In this document: piece after piece, positions 32,197 through 41,761 of the stretch
Numbering within the stretch: the stretch's first letter is position 1
How the letters are laid out: each line of letters opens with the position of its first letter
Source: a virus
Strand: one strand, 5' to 3'
DNA length: 64,000 nucleotides
Virus record (IMG/VR): IMGVR_UViG_3300036770_003758
Span: 1 to 64,000 of that record
Translations under genes and position numbers: made by a program
Notes under the pieces: model-generated
The model's input: the letters and a program-made list of their open reading frames with translations, nothing else
The model's database searches: none
What the model was told of the DNA's origin: nothing

Positions 32197-32688
32197 ATGA
32201 TGTTAGATAAAGAACTATTAGAACTGTTTAACTACAGGATCAACCAAGAAGAAGCTAGTGCCAGGTTATATCTTAAAATGTCTATACACCTAAATGACGT
32301 AGGATATTTTAATGCCGCTAAACTGTGGAAAAAGTTCTCAGAAGAAGAACGTGAGCACGCAGATATCGCACGTAAGTATCTACTAGCACTAGATATTGAA
32401 CCAGAGACTAGAGATATTATTGTACCTAGCAAAGAGTTTAATGGCCTAGATGGTGTTATTAACGCTACGCTAGAACATGAGTATGAAGTTACACAGCAGT
32501 GTGAAGACTTAGCTAAAGCTTGTCTTAAACAACTGTGTTTTAAATCATTCTCTATTGCACAGGAATATATTAAAATACAAATACACGAGCTTGAGGAATA
32601 CCACGATATGAAAAATAGATTAGATCTATTTGGTACTGATCCTATTAGCTTACGTTTGTATGATAACGAACTCAAAGATATGTTATGA
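32197..32688 (+). CDS. non-heme ferritin-like protein
   Basis: INQEE..LYL.MS, EEEREHA, LEHEYEVT, QIHE ferroxidase-type pattern; 163 aa. Confidence 0.85.
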   Translation: MMLDKELLELFNYRINQEEASARLYLKMSIHLNDVGYFNAAKLWKKFSEEEREHADIARKYLLALDIEPETRDIIVPSKEFNGLDGVINATLEHEYEVTQQCEDLAKACLKQLCFKSFSIAQEYIKIQIHELEEYHDMKNRLDLFGTDPISLRLYDNELKDML

Positions 32689-33080
32689 GCTGCGCACCCT
32701 TTAGTGATCCACTGATGAACGCGTTGTCATATCTATACACAAATAAAGCTATAGATAAGGATATGCGCATCAGAACTAAACGCATAGACTTCTACTTGAA
32801 CATCCTTGATAAGCAAGCTGGTGTCAAGCTATTTGATATCATGGAAGATACACTAGTACCTATCCAAGAGAACTTTAATACTATGCGTGGTCTTGAGCAA
32901 GCTGATGAAGTAGCACCAATACCATCTTATACAGATCGTATTGCAGAAGGTAGATCAGAAGCTAAGGAAGTGTGGAATAACTCTGATAAAAAACTACCGT
33001 CTGGTTTTGACGAAGATCAGCGTATGTACTTAGAAGAATTATTTAATGAAGGTATATTAGAACTCAACTGTACGTTATGA
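32685..33080 (+). CDS. small ejection-cluster protein with N- and C-terminal Cys
   Basis: MSCAPF...GILELNCTL; ATGA-coupled on both sides. Confidence 0.7.
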   Translation: MSCAPFSDPLMNALSYLYTNKAIDKDMRIRTKRIDFYLNILDKQAGVKLFDIMEDTLVPIQENFNTMRGLEQADEVAPIPSYTDRIAEGRSEAKEVWNNSDKKLPSGFDEDQRMYLEELFNEGILELNCTL

Positions 33081-36000
33081 GCTGTAAAACACCAACGTTT
33101 GAAGAACTAATGCAAGCTGTTAAAAACAGAACGTTTTTAAAAATAGCTAAAGAAAAAACTCAAGACGGTATTGTAGAAGCACTTAAGTTTACAAGTGATG
33201 TTCTTCAATTACGCCAGCAGAATGTAAATCCTAAGAACGTAGGTGATGATACTTCTCGCTATACGTTAATAGATCCTAGTGCTGGAGATACTTCTGTGTT
33301 CTTATCTAATCGTGTAACAGATAGAGTAGCTAGGTACTATCGTAAGATATCTGAGAAACCTGCTAACGCTAATTTTACACAGATGAACTACGGTACTTCT
33401 GTGCACAAATCTATGCAGAACTTACTACTAGCACACTACGAACAGATGATGAACAATGTTCCAGTAGATGTTAATGCTATCTACGCAGTTCAAGCTGGTG
33501 ATCAGTATGCACTTAGTTTAGAAATGGTTAAAGAACTTAGTAAGTATGCAGCTAAGCTTTTAAAGGATATCGACGCAATGCAAAAAGCTATTGACCCTAA
33601 AGGTACTTTTAGAATAGCTGTTGAAAACGTAGTCGTAGATCCCGTTAAAGATTTAGCTGGTACTGTAGACTTAGTAGTAGTATTTTCAGATGGTACTGCA
33701 GGAGTCTATGACTTTAAAACAATGTCACCGAAGTCCAATGTCATAGAAAGAAATATGTTTGGTATGATTACCAATGTTACTGGTAGAGACTTTGTAGCTG
33801 CTACTACTAGAACAGGTTGGAGTATGCAGATGAACTCTTATCGTGATACATTACTAGAATATTACGGTGCTAAAGACGTTAGGTTTACTAGGGTTATTCC
33901 TATGTTTATGAACTATACGTTAGATGAGAATAAACAAATCACTGGTCTTAGAGAAATTATAACTGAAGCTAACTTTGAACAGCTATCACCTAGATCTGTA
34001 GGTGTAGAAAAGTTTACTAACGCAGCTATCAACGAGTTTCTAAAAACTAGGTACGAGTATATAGAGCAGTTAAATCAACAGATACAATCTGCTTCTAGAT
34101 TAGAGCGTCCTAAATTGTATCAGCAGTTAAACCAAGTATATGACTCTATAGACATGTTTGTTAACAACATGGATATTACCATGCTAGTTAACGATGCCCG
34201 TATTGTATCTGAAGGTACTTACGAAACATTATCTGAGCTTAGAGATGCGTACACGTTTGTAAAAGCTATTGTAGATCTGCAACGTAACTTAACAGATACA
34301 GTTGATGATTTTGATATTACCTTTGACGAAGGTGTAATAGATACGTTAGCTAAACGTGCAGCAGTACTACATGAAAAGTATATCAAGTTAATTCTTGATG
34401 GTGTTGAAGGTAAATACGGTAAGCTTAACGTAGAAGGTGGTGAGATACTACTTAGTGAAGATGACCTACTTACACAGATTTTTAGTACTACTACAGAATC
34501 TCAGAACCCTATTGTAAGATATGCACAAGATTTATTTCAAGGTAGTTACAACGATCAACGTAGAGACCTTAAAGATTTTGATGAAGCATTAGCTAAGGTA
34601 GAAAAACCTTTACTTGAATGGGCTAAGTCTAGAGGTGAAACATTAGCTGATGTGTATAAGTATTTACTCGATGTTGAAAATGGTAAGTTCTACGGTAGAG
34701 TAGATCTAGCATTTATCGCACGTGCTAATCAAGAACGTGATGCTGAGAACGTAGAGTTCTTTACTAAGAACTACGAGATAAAAGATAAGAACGCTAAAGG
34801 GGAAACGTATAAAGAATGGTACAATCGCAATATAAAAGAACTAACGCAAGTACTTGAAGCTAGGTTTAAAAACTTAGATGAAAATCAACGTGTAACTGCT
34901 ATACAACGTGCACTTGATAACTGGCAGAGCAATAATGATCTAAAGTTAGTAAACGGTATACCTCAGTTTCCTAATGCTTGGTTGAATAAACACAACAGTT
35001 GGCTTAAGATTAAACCAGGGGTACTTGCCGCTAATCAATCTGAGCAGTATACGTTTATGAAAGCTAATAAGCCACTGCTAGATTATTACGAGTTCTTACG
35101 CGATAGTGTAGCTAAGTGGAGAGGAGAAACTAGTTATAAGCTCATAGATAGTTATTTGTTCTACCCTATGGTTAGAGCTAGTACTATTGAAAAACTAGGT
35201 AGGACTAATGCTTACGGTACTTTACTCAAAGATATTAAAGAAGTACTTGAGATCAAACAAGATGATCAACTCTTTGGTGTATCTGAAGTTAATGACGATG
35301 GTACTGTAGTAGAAGCTAAGCAGATACCGCTGTACTTTACACAACCATTTAGGAATGCTGCAGGTGGTATAGATACATCGCAGATGAGTACAGATATCAG
35401 TGCTAGCTTTAGGTTAATGGCTAAGTCTGTGTACAACTACAAGTACATGAATCAGATTGAAGCTGATATCCTAGCGCTGCAAGATGTACTTAAAATGGTC
35501 AACTACGAAGAAGGTGGTTGGGGTAAAAAAGTAGTTGACTTCATGAACAGTGTAGCTAAGAAAGATAAAACAGAATCTGGTTCTATGACCGATACTGTAT
35601 TTAAAGCACTTAGAGACTATCACTTGTATGGTATTAGGTTGCAGCCAGGGTTTAACCCTAAGTTTGTAAAAGCTGTAGATAGTGCTATGCAGTGGTTTAC
35701 ACTTAGGTCATTAGGTTTAGGTATCATACCAGCTACTACTTCTTATGTTGCTGGTCAAGTAAGTGCTAGGTTAGAAGCTGTTAAAGGTCAAATATGGGAT
35801 ACTGAAAAATGGAACTTAGCTACCAAGCTGATGGCTAAAGAATCTAAGAAGTATCACGGTATAGGTTTCTTCTTTGGTGTACACAACGAAGATATGTTAC
35901 AAGATATCTTACGCCAACGTGTAGGTGGTGTATCTTCAGTACTAGGTAATACGCTGTACAACAACAACCTTAACAAGTACGTAGATCAGCGTTTGTTAAT

Positions 36001-37090
36001 GGCACCGTGGTCTTATGGTCAAGAACGTTTAGATAATCACATTGCTGTAGCAATGGCACATAGCTATGGTTTTGATAGCAACGGTAATGTAAGATTATTA
36101 ACTAACCTACCACAAGAGAATCAAAAGAGTGTCTATGAGCGTATGATCTTTGACGAAGCTAAAGGTAGCTTTACTATTGAAGGTCTTAATGAAGAGCAAA
36201 CTTCCAGGGCTATATTACAGTTTCAACAAGCTGTTAGAGCTGGTCAAAAGCGTGTTACCGGTACGCTATCACAAGAAGATATTGCATACTGGCAAACCAC
36301 GTTAACAGGTAGGTTATTCATGCAGTTTAAATCTTGGATGCCTTCTATTCTTAAAGAAAGATTTGGTGCTACTAGGTTTAACGACATATTAGATGTAGTA
36401 GAACAAGGTAGGTATCGTGCTGTGTGGGAGAATAACGAAATAGAAGATAATACAAATACGTTTGTATATCTGCTGCATACCACTAAGAATACAGCAGCGT
36501 TTATAGTTAAGAATCTACTCATGACAAATAGTATTGCACGTAGATTTGGTGCTAAGGTTAAGCTAGATGATATTAAACTTAGAAAACAGTACGCTGCATT
36601 TTTAAAAAAGTACGAGAAGTACCCTGGTATGCTAGAGAAGATACCTACGTTTGAATCTTTTGTGCAAATGAAAGAAGGTCAAATACGTGCTGCTATTGGA
36701 GAACTAGAAGTCTTAATACTACTTTCAGCAGCTATATTCTTATTAGGTTCTGATTTTGATGATGACGGTGAACCACTGTGGTCTGAGACTTGGGTAGCAC
36801 ACCAGATCTTTAAAGTACTTAACCGTACTAAAACAGAACTTAGCTTTACGTACAATGCTATGGAATACGCTAAGCTAGTAGCTAACCCCATACCTATTAC
36901 GGGGTTATTGATGCATGTAATTAAGCTACTTGGAAATACATTAGACGAGACTAGGGATACAATGTTTGGAGAAAACAACCAACGTGATAAAGCAAACAAG
37001 CTACATTACTCTACAGGTTTAGTCCAAGGGGTGTATCAGCTTAGGAAATTTTTTGATATCCTTAGCGTAGATGAAGCAGCTACTCGTTAA
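33077..37090 (+). CDS. large ejection protein with a PD-(D/E)xK nuclease-like domain
   Basis: GTSVH...VENVV..LAGTVDLVV..GVYDFKT..QMNSY; C-terminal GRLFMQFKSWMP...GRYR region typical of crAss-like large proteins. Confidence 0.75.
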   Translation: MSCKTPTFEELMQAVKNRTFLKIAKEKTQDGIVEALKFTSDVLQLRQQNVNPKNVGDDTSRYTLIDPSAGDTSVFLSNRVTDRVARYYRKISEKPANANFTQMNYGTSVHKSMQNLLLAHYEQMMNNVPVDVNAIYAVQAGDQYALSLEMVKELSKYAAKLLKDIDAMQKAIDPKGTFRIAVENVVVDPVKDLAGTVDLVVVFSDGTAGVYDFKTMSPKSNVIERNMFGMITNVTGRDFVAATTRTGWSMQMNSYRDTLLEYYGAKDVRFTRVIPMFMNYTLDENKQITGLREIITEANFEQLSPRSVGVEKFTNAAINEFLKTRYEYIEQLNQQIQSASRLERPKLYQQLNQVYDSIDMFVNNMDITMLVNDARIVSEGTYETLSELRDAYTFVKAIVDLQRNLTDTVDDFDITFDEGVIDTLAKRAAVLHEKYIKLILDGVEGKYGKLNVEGGEILLSEDDLLTQIFSTTTESQNPIVRYAQDLFQGSYNDQRRDLKDFDEALAKVEKPLLEWAKSRGETLADVYKYLLDVENGKFYGRVDLAFIARANQERDAENVEFFTKNYEIKDKNAKGETYKEWYNRNIKELTQVLEARFKNLDENQRVTAIQRALDNWQSNNDLKLVNGIPQFPNAWLNKHNSWLKIKPGVLAANQSEQYTFMKANKPLLDYYEFLRDSVAKWRGETSYKLIDSYLFYPMVRASTIEKLGRTNAYGTLLKDIKEVLEIKQDDQLFGVSEVNDDGTVVEAKQIPLYFTQPFRNAAGGIDTSQMSTDISASFRLMAKSVYNYKYMNQIEADILALQDVLKMVNYEEGGWGKKVVDFMNSVAKKDKTESGSMTDTVFKALRDYHLYGIRLQPGFNPKFVKAVDSAMQWFTLRSLGLGIIPATTSYVAGQVSARLEAVKGQIWDTEKWNLATKLMAKESKKYHGIGFFFGVHNEDMLQDILRQRVGGVSSVLGNTLYNNNLNKYVDQRLLMAPWSYGQERLDNHIAVAMAHSYGFDSNGNVRLLTNLPQENQKSVYERMIFDEAKGSFTIEGLNEEQTSRAILQFQQAVRAGQKRVTGTLSQEDIAYWQTTLTGRLFMQFKSWMPSILKERFGATRFNDILDVVEQGRYRAVWENNEIEDNTNTFVYLLHTTKNTAAFIVKNLLMTNSIARRFGAKVKLDDIKLRKQYAAFLKKYEKYPGMLEKIPTFESFVQMKEGQIRAAIGELEVLILLSAAIFLLGSDFDDDGEPLWSETWVAHQIFKVLNRTKTELSFTYNAMEYAKLVANPIPITGLLMHVIKLLGNTLDETRDTMFGENNQRDKANKLHYSTGLVQGVYQLRKFFDILSVDEAATR

Positions 37091-37109
37091 AGTACGTGAG
37101 CGGTGCGGT

Positions 37110-37143
37110 AAAAAAAAGGACTACACCGCGTAGGTGTAGTCCT
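37110..37143 (-). terminator. rho-independent terminator at the convergence of the two arms
   Basis: aggactacacc-gcgta-ggtgtagtcct, 11-bp stem; A-run at 37110-37116 gives a U-tract on the - strand. Confidence 0.85.
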
Positions 37144-37166
37144 GCAAAAAGAGTCCCATGAAAACA

Positions 37167-37439
37167 TTACAAATTTATACAATAAAGTGGCTTTCCTACA
37201 ATAACTCTTTTGTTATTTTTTTCAACATCGATAGGTACAGCCGCACCTTTACAAATTACAACAGCAGGTTCAGCTATGTGTTTACCAAGTTCTAATGTCT
37301 TAGTTACAATAGCCCTGTCGATGCTTTCCAATTCTGCTTTATAAGCATGGTGTCTTTCTCGTAACAAAACTATCTCTTGAACAATAGTCGAAATTTCCTC
37401 TTCGGAAAGATTACTGTCTGAATGAAATACTTGTTCCAT
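37167..37439 (-). CDS. hypothetical protein
   Basis: 90 aa ORF in a tightly packed operon. Confidence 0.7.
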   Translation of the reverse strand: MEQVFHSDSNLSEEEISTIVQEIVLLRERHHAYKAELESIDRAIVTKTLELGKHIAEPAVVICKGAAVPIDVEKNNKRVIVGKPLYCINL

Positions 37440-37441
37440 GT

Positions 37442-37810
37442 TTAAAGTTTTATGTTGTCTAACAATAAATTTAACTTTGCGTAAAACTCAGCTTCGGTCA
37501 TTATCCTATTTTCATCAAAGAGTGTTTCTATTATGTCTGGAGTATCAAAGCCTAAACCTTCTATGAACTCACAAGATACGTTGTAAGCATCTTGTGCTTC
37601 GATAAATAAATCTGGGACTACATCCATGTGTGTAATTTCACGTACAAACTCTTCTTCTTTCATACCGTGCATTTTCATGTATGCAGTCCTTGGATTTGTA
37701 CCAGGTCTAAGCAATAAATAGTGAGGATATGTTTCTCTGTATTTATAAAATATATAACGTACTTTCCAAACATCATTCTTTAAGAAATACTCATTGTGTA
37801 TAGGACTCAT
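37442..37810 (-). CDS. hypothetical protein
   Basis: Packed ORF; ATG 37810 preferred. Confidence 0.7.
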   Translation of the reverse strand: MSPIHNEYFLKNDVWKVRYIFYKYRETYPHYLLLRPGTNPRTAYMKMHGMKEEEFVREITHMDVVPDLFIEAQDAYNVSCEFIEGLGFDTPDIIETLFDENRIMTEAEFYAKLNLLLDNIKL

Positions 37811-38123
37811 AGTCGTATTCAATTAACCTTTCTATGTGTTCTCTGGTAGCTTTTTCATCAGCGATTTTCATACGCTTTAAATCACTCGACAATGAGCTAG
37901 CAGCTTCATCTCTAGCACGTAAACATCTTTCAACACAGCGTTCAAGTATTTGCTTCCTATTCTTGTTTCCAGATAACCAAGCGTTGATTTTTATTTCACG
38001 TTGTACTTTTTCTATGTCTGGAAACAAATGTGTAATGCAATAGTTTAACGTGTCTTGAAAATCAGGTATACGTGGTTCTATTTCTTCGTTTTCTATTTCC
38101 CCGACGGAAAGAGTTTCTTCCAT
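37791..38123 (-). CDS. hypothetical protein
   Basis: 110 aa charged helical ORF. Confidence 0.65.
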   Translation of the reverse strand: MEETLSVGEIENEEIEPRIPDFQDTLNYCITHLFPDIEKVQREIKINAWLSGNKNRKQILERCVERCLRARDEAASSLSSDLKRMKIADEKATREHIERLIEYDYESYTQ

Positions 38124-38833
38124 CGGGGGGCCTTCTTTTTTTTATCATCTTCCTCCTCAAGATCGTCGTCTATGTTAATAGGTTCTGTCTTAGACTCTGA
38201 CTTAGGTTTGTTCTCTACTCTAGGCGCTGGTCTATCTAACATATTAGTTACACCATCGTTAACTTGAGCAAATAAACCTAAGTAAAACGGTAAGCTGACG
38301 TGAGCTATAAGGATGAATATAGACATAAACGTAGTACCATCTTGAATAGTAAGTAACGCTTTACCTATATTTCCTGATAAAAGAAAGTTTAAAAACGTGT
38401 AAGCTTCTACTTGAGTGCCTCTGCCAAGTACAATAAACCAAGTGTTAGCAAACGCTGGTAACACAGTCCATAGCCCAGACATAAGCACGTCAAGTAATTC
38501 TTTAGCGACAACCCAAATGTTTTGCTTTAACTTAATAGAAGCATATAATTCTTGGAATTGTCTATACAGTGTACTGCCAAAGACTACAGATATCGCTGCA
38601 ATAGCCATGTGCGAAGCTAATCTTACCCAATAATTCATATTGTGCAAGAATGCTACATCAGCAGCTATGAGACCTTCAAGTACAGCTAAGAATACTAATA
38701 GTGCTTCTTGCAATACTACTTTACGATCGCGTATAGCATCGATGATATCTGTACCCTTAGACTTAGATTTGAAAATTGCATAGAGCATTGCTACACCAAG
38801 TGCAGCTACTATTGCAGGTACATACTGTGTCAT
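38093..38833 (-). CDS. multi-pass membrane protein
   Basis: About five hydrophobic segments and a charged C-terminal tail. Confidence 0.8.
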   Translation of the reverse strand: MTQYVPAIVAALGVAMLYAIFKSKSKGTDIIDAIRDRKVVLQEALLVFLAVLEGLIAADVAFLHNMNYWVRLASHMAIAAISVVFGSTLYRQFQELYASIKLKQNIWVVAKELLDVLMSGLWTVLPAFANTWFIVLGRGTQVEAYTFLNFLLSGNIGKALLTIQDGTTFMSIFILIAHVSLPFYLGLFAQVNDGVTNMLDRPAPRVENKPKSESKTEPINIDDDLEEEDDKKKKAPRWKKLFPSGK

Positions 38834-38913
38834 TTCTTATCAAACATTTTTTTGTACATGTAATAAATAATTAAAATCCAGATTAACCACATAATAAAGT
38901 GTAATATCATCAT
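38830..38913 (-). CDS. 27-aa single-TM peptide (not in ORF track)
   Basis: MMILHFIMWLIWILIIYYMYKKMFDKK; ATGA overlaps at both ends. Confidence 0.7.
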   Translation of the reverse strand: MMILHFIMWLIWILIIYYMYKKMFDKK

Positions 38914-39290
38914 TTGCCGTACATTAAGTTTCGTATAAAAGAGTTCATTCTTGTGCTAGCTTGATTTATAGTCAACACTTTTACCCTGACTAAACTATCA
39001 AGCTCTTGTTCTTTTTTGTCGACAATGAAATTTACTTCTTTTAAAACAGCTTTGCGTACAAACTGAGGATTTGTAGATAAAGTATCTACCATGTGCTCAC
39101 GTTCTCTTGTCAAAACTTTAAACGCATTAGAGTTTACAGTTTCTATGTTTGTAGAATCGCTAGCAACAGTTACACTTACCTGAGACGTGGTTTCATCTCG
39201 TGAGCAAGCGTACTTGTTAAACAGTATAAACACTACAATCAGCGCAACGATTTGCGCAATGTTACTCATCCAACTTGATTTTTGGCTCAT
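38910..39290 (-). CDS. membrane-anchored protein, possibly a lipoprotein
   Basis: IAQIVALIVVFILF followed by YACS. Confidence 0.7.
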   Translation of the reverse strand: MSQKSSWMSNIAQIVALIVVFILFNKYACSRDETTSQVSVTVASDSTNIETVNSNAFKVLTREREHMVDTLSTNPQFVRKAVLKEVNFIVDKKEQELDSLVRVKVLTINQASTRMNSFIRNLMYGK

Positions 39291-39687
39291 GATAAAAAGG
39301 TCCTTTTTGAATTTTACCGATGTTATTTAATAATACAAAATACCCTTCAATTTCTTCAACTGTGTATCCAGCAAGCATGTTTTCTTTTATGTAGTTTTCA
39401 AGTGCTTCTTTAGAGCTACTGCGCTTACTCATGTTGCTGTAAAAAACTTGTGCAAAAGCTTTGTTGATTTCTTCAAAAGAATAACCTAGTGCAATTACCC
39501 TTGCTGAAGCTACCCAAAGTAAATCAATAGCTTCTTTAAGCTCTGCTTCAGATTTACCTCCAGAAAACTCAGCGTCAAGTTCTCTTAGTTCTTCTTGCAC
39601 TAGTTTAGAGTAAAGCTTACACGTTTTAAAATCCCTCTCTGTAGGTATTTTAAAACTTTCCATCCACTGTTTAATTAATGAAATCAT
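39262..39687 (-). CDS. MazG-like/PRA-PH family NTP pyrophosphohydrolase
   Basis: LVQEELREL..ELKEAIDLLWV..VFYSNMSK..GKIQKGP. Confidence 0.8.
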   Translation of the reverse strand: MISLIKQWMESFKIPTERDFKTCKLYSKLVQEELRELDAEFSGGKSEAELKEAIDLLWVASARVIALGYSFEEINKAFAQVFYSNMSKRSSSKEALENYIKENMLAGYTVEEIEGYFVLLNNIGKIQKGPFYHEPKIKLDE

Positions 39688-40549
39688 TTAATAAAGTTTT
39701 GTATTGGTTAATAGATTCGTGTATCAGCTTTACATTTTTTACTGCAGGTTTTACTGGAAGGGACATATCTTCTGGTTTATACAATATGTTTTTTTCTTTC
39801 CACCAATCTGCAGTAGTAACTAACTGCGCTTGACACAACGCAGCTTCGTGGTATGCGCTCAAAGATTTACAAACATTTTCTGGAGTAAACATGATAGGGT
39901 GAAATATAAAATGCGGACTAATGTTACACAGCCGCATAAAATACACCATAGGTTCTGTCCAAGATATTTTTTCTGAAAACCTTGGTGAAAAACTTTCTGG
40001 TTTGATACCCATAAAGAACCACTTGGGATGCAACCTTTCTTCTATCTCGTTAAAGATGTCTATGAAATGTTCGTAATCTGCTTTTCTAGCTGTAGATCCA
40101 CGCACAACTATAGAAGTCCTTAAGCTTTTTGTTTTAGCCGAAAGGTTTAGGTCTAAGAAGTTTTTTATAATTATTGTCTTATCACCTAGTTTTTTACTCC
40201 AATAGTTGTACAGTTCTTCTGTGGCGCATATTACTTTATCAGCTATCTCTAAACAATCTTCATGCTCACGGTGATAGTTTGGAAAGTTAGTGTATGTCAT
40301 TAAATCGTCTATGTCACACACTACAGGTATACCAATACTCTTTGCCATAGTTATAGCAAACAAGTGGTCTCTGGTATGCGGCATACTAACAAACAATAAC
40401 GATGCACCAAATAATTCACGTGGATAACTTTCGTCGTAAACATTTATCGTTTTTGAAATTACACTCTTTGCTGCCCAGTGCAACATGTTATCAATCCTGT
40501 AGAAATTAGTACCTCTACTTTCTGAGCGTATTATTGCAATAAAACTCAT
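39671..40549 (-). CDS. GT-B glycosyltransferase-like protein
   Basis: FYR..P..GIPVVCDIDD, ADKVICATEEL, IIKNFLD, N.CKS...HE pattern. Confidence 0.6.
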   Translation of the reverse strand: MSFIAIIRSESRGTNFYRIDNMLHWAAKSVISKTINVYDESYPRELFGASLLFVSMPHTRDHLFAITMAKSIGIPVVCDIDDLMTYTNFPNYHREHEDCLEIADKVICATEELYNYWSKKLGDKTIIIKNFLDLNLSAKTKSLRTSIVVRGSTARKADYEHFIDIFNEIEERLHPKWFFMGIKPESFSPRFSEKISWTEPMVYFMRLCNISPHFIFHPIMFTPENVCKSLSAYHEAALCQAQLVTTADWWKEKNILYKPEDMSLPVKPAVKNVKLIHESINQYKTLLNDFIN

Positions 40550-40573
40550 TGTAATAGTTTTAAAAGTTAATTT

Positions 40574-40600
40574 AATGTGGAGGTACTAGACCTCCACATT
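40574..40600. terminator. intergenic hairpin
   Basis: aatgtggaggt-actag-acctccacatt, perfect 11-bp stem, weak U-tract. Confidence 0.6.
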
Positions 40601-40604
40601 TATG

Positions 40605-40811
40605 TTATTTATGACGTGTTTGTTTGGTTTCTCTTTCTTCTTCAACAATAACACTGTCTATGTCGTAAGAAAGTTCGTTGTGTCTACTGTACACTGTAAT
40701 CTCAATGTTTTCAATCTCAGAAGCTAGCTGATCGCATAAACCTTTCACAAGTTCCGGATCTCCGTCAAAGTTTCCTTTGACTGTAATAATAAGAGTTTTA
40801 CGAAAGCGCAT
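40605..40811 (-). CDS. hypothetical protein
   Basis: 68 aa packed ORF. Confidence 0.65.
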   Translation of the reverse strand: MRFRKTLIITVKGNFDGDPELVKGLCDQLASEIENIEITVYSRHNELSYDIDSVIVEEERETKQTRHK

Positions 40812-40817
40812 GTGGAA

Positions 40818-41105
40818 TTAGTTTAAAGGTATAGTATCGGTATCTACTTTACTAGCTAGTTTTTGTTCTACTAGTTTTTCAACAAACGTTACAGGTAATG
40901 CGATACAACCGTCAACCTTGTTTACACACTTGCAGAAACCGTCAAGGCTTGGTTCAACATCAAGCTTAAGGCACAGTGCCAAGTAAATATTGAACATAGG
41001 TTCAAGCTTTGTTTCATCATCTAAACACGTAGCTATCTTCCACTCGTAAGGTGTACCTTTGTATTCAAAAGAAATTGTACTAGAATTAAGACATGCCATC
41101 TGCAT
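40818..41105 (-). CDS. hypothetical protein
   Basis: 95 aa packed ORF. Confidence 0.65.
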   Translation of the reverse strand: MQMACLNSSTISFEYKGTPYEWKIATCLDDETKLEPMFNIYLALCLKLDVEPSLDGFCKCVNKVDGCIALPVTFVEKLVEQKLASKVDTDTIPLN

Positions 41106-41125
41106 AATAAATAAGTTTAAAATGG

Positions 41126-41761
41126 CTAAGTGCCACCTGTGTAATCAGGTGGCAACTTAGGACCATGGTGATCAACATTAAAAGCTTCGTATGTCGGCGG
41201 TACATAAAAAGAATCTAATTCAGATCCTTGTAGTTCTTCTTCAGATACATTGACTTCGTAGTGCTCTTGCAATTTACTCTTGAAGATAGTTACAAACTGT
41301 TCTTTCTTAGTAAGTACTGCATACAACGGATTGATGACTTTGTTTTCATACTCCGTAATACCCATTTTCTTAAGCTGTTCTACTGTGAACATTTCAGAAA
41401 ACTTACCTTCGATAAAGCTGTTGTAGCTACGGTGTAACTCTTTAGGTATCCTAAATACAATAAAGACATGTGTGTTATCCTTTAGCTTCATTGGATAATC
41501 GTCTTCATAATATTCATGTTGCCTAAGATAAGTTAGCGCTTGACGTTGTAACCTAGTCTTGTTTTCTACAAGTGCAAATAACCTATAACCAGGTTGACCA
41601 TAGTTCTTAGCTTGAAGATACTTAAGGTCATACGTACCCCACATAATAGGTCTGGTCATTTGCAACTTTGTAAGACTTTCTTTATCGAAATAAGAAAGCA
41701 TTGCACGAGCTAGATAAATCCTAGTACGGTTTACGTAGATTTTATTTAGCTGTATCTTCAT
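41126..41761 (-). CDS. hypothetical protein
   Basis: 211 aa; YEDDY..VFRIP..FIEGKFSEM. Confidence 0.75.
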   Translation of the reverse strand: MKIQLNKIYVNRTRIYLARAMLSYFDKESLTKLQMTRPIMWGTYDLKYLQAKNYGQPGYRLFALVENKTRLQRQALTYLRQHEYYEDDYPMKLKDNTHVFIVFRIPKELHRSYNSFIEGKFSEMFTVEQLKKMGITEYENKVINPLYAVLTKKEQFVTIFKSKLQEHYEVNVSEEELQGSELDSFYVPPTYEAFNVDHHGPKLPPDYTGGT

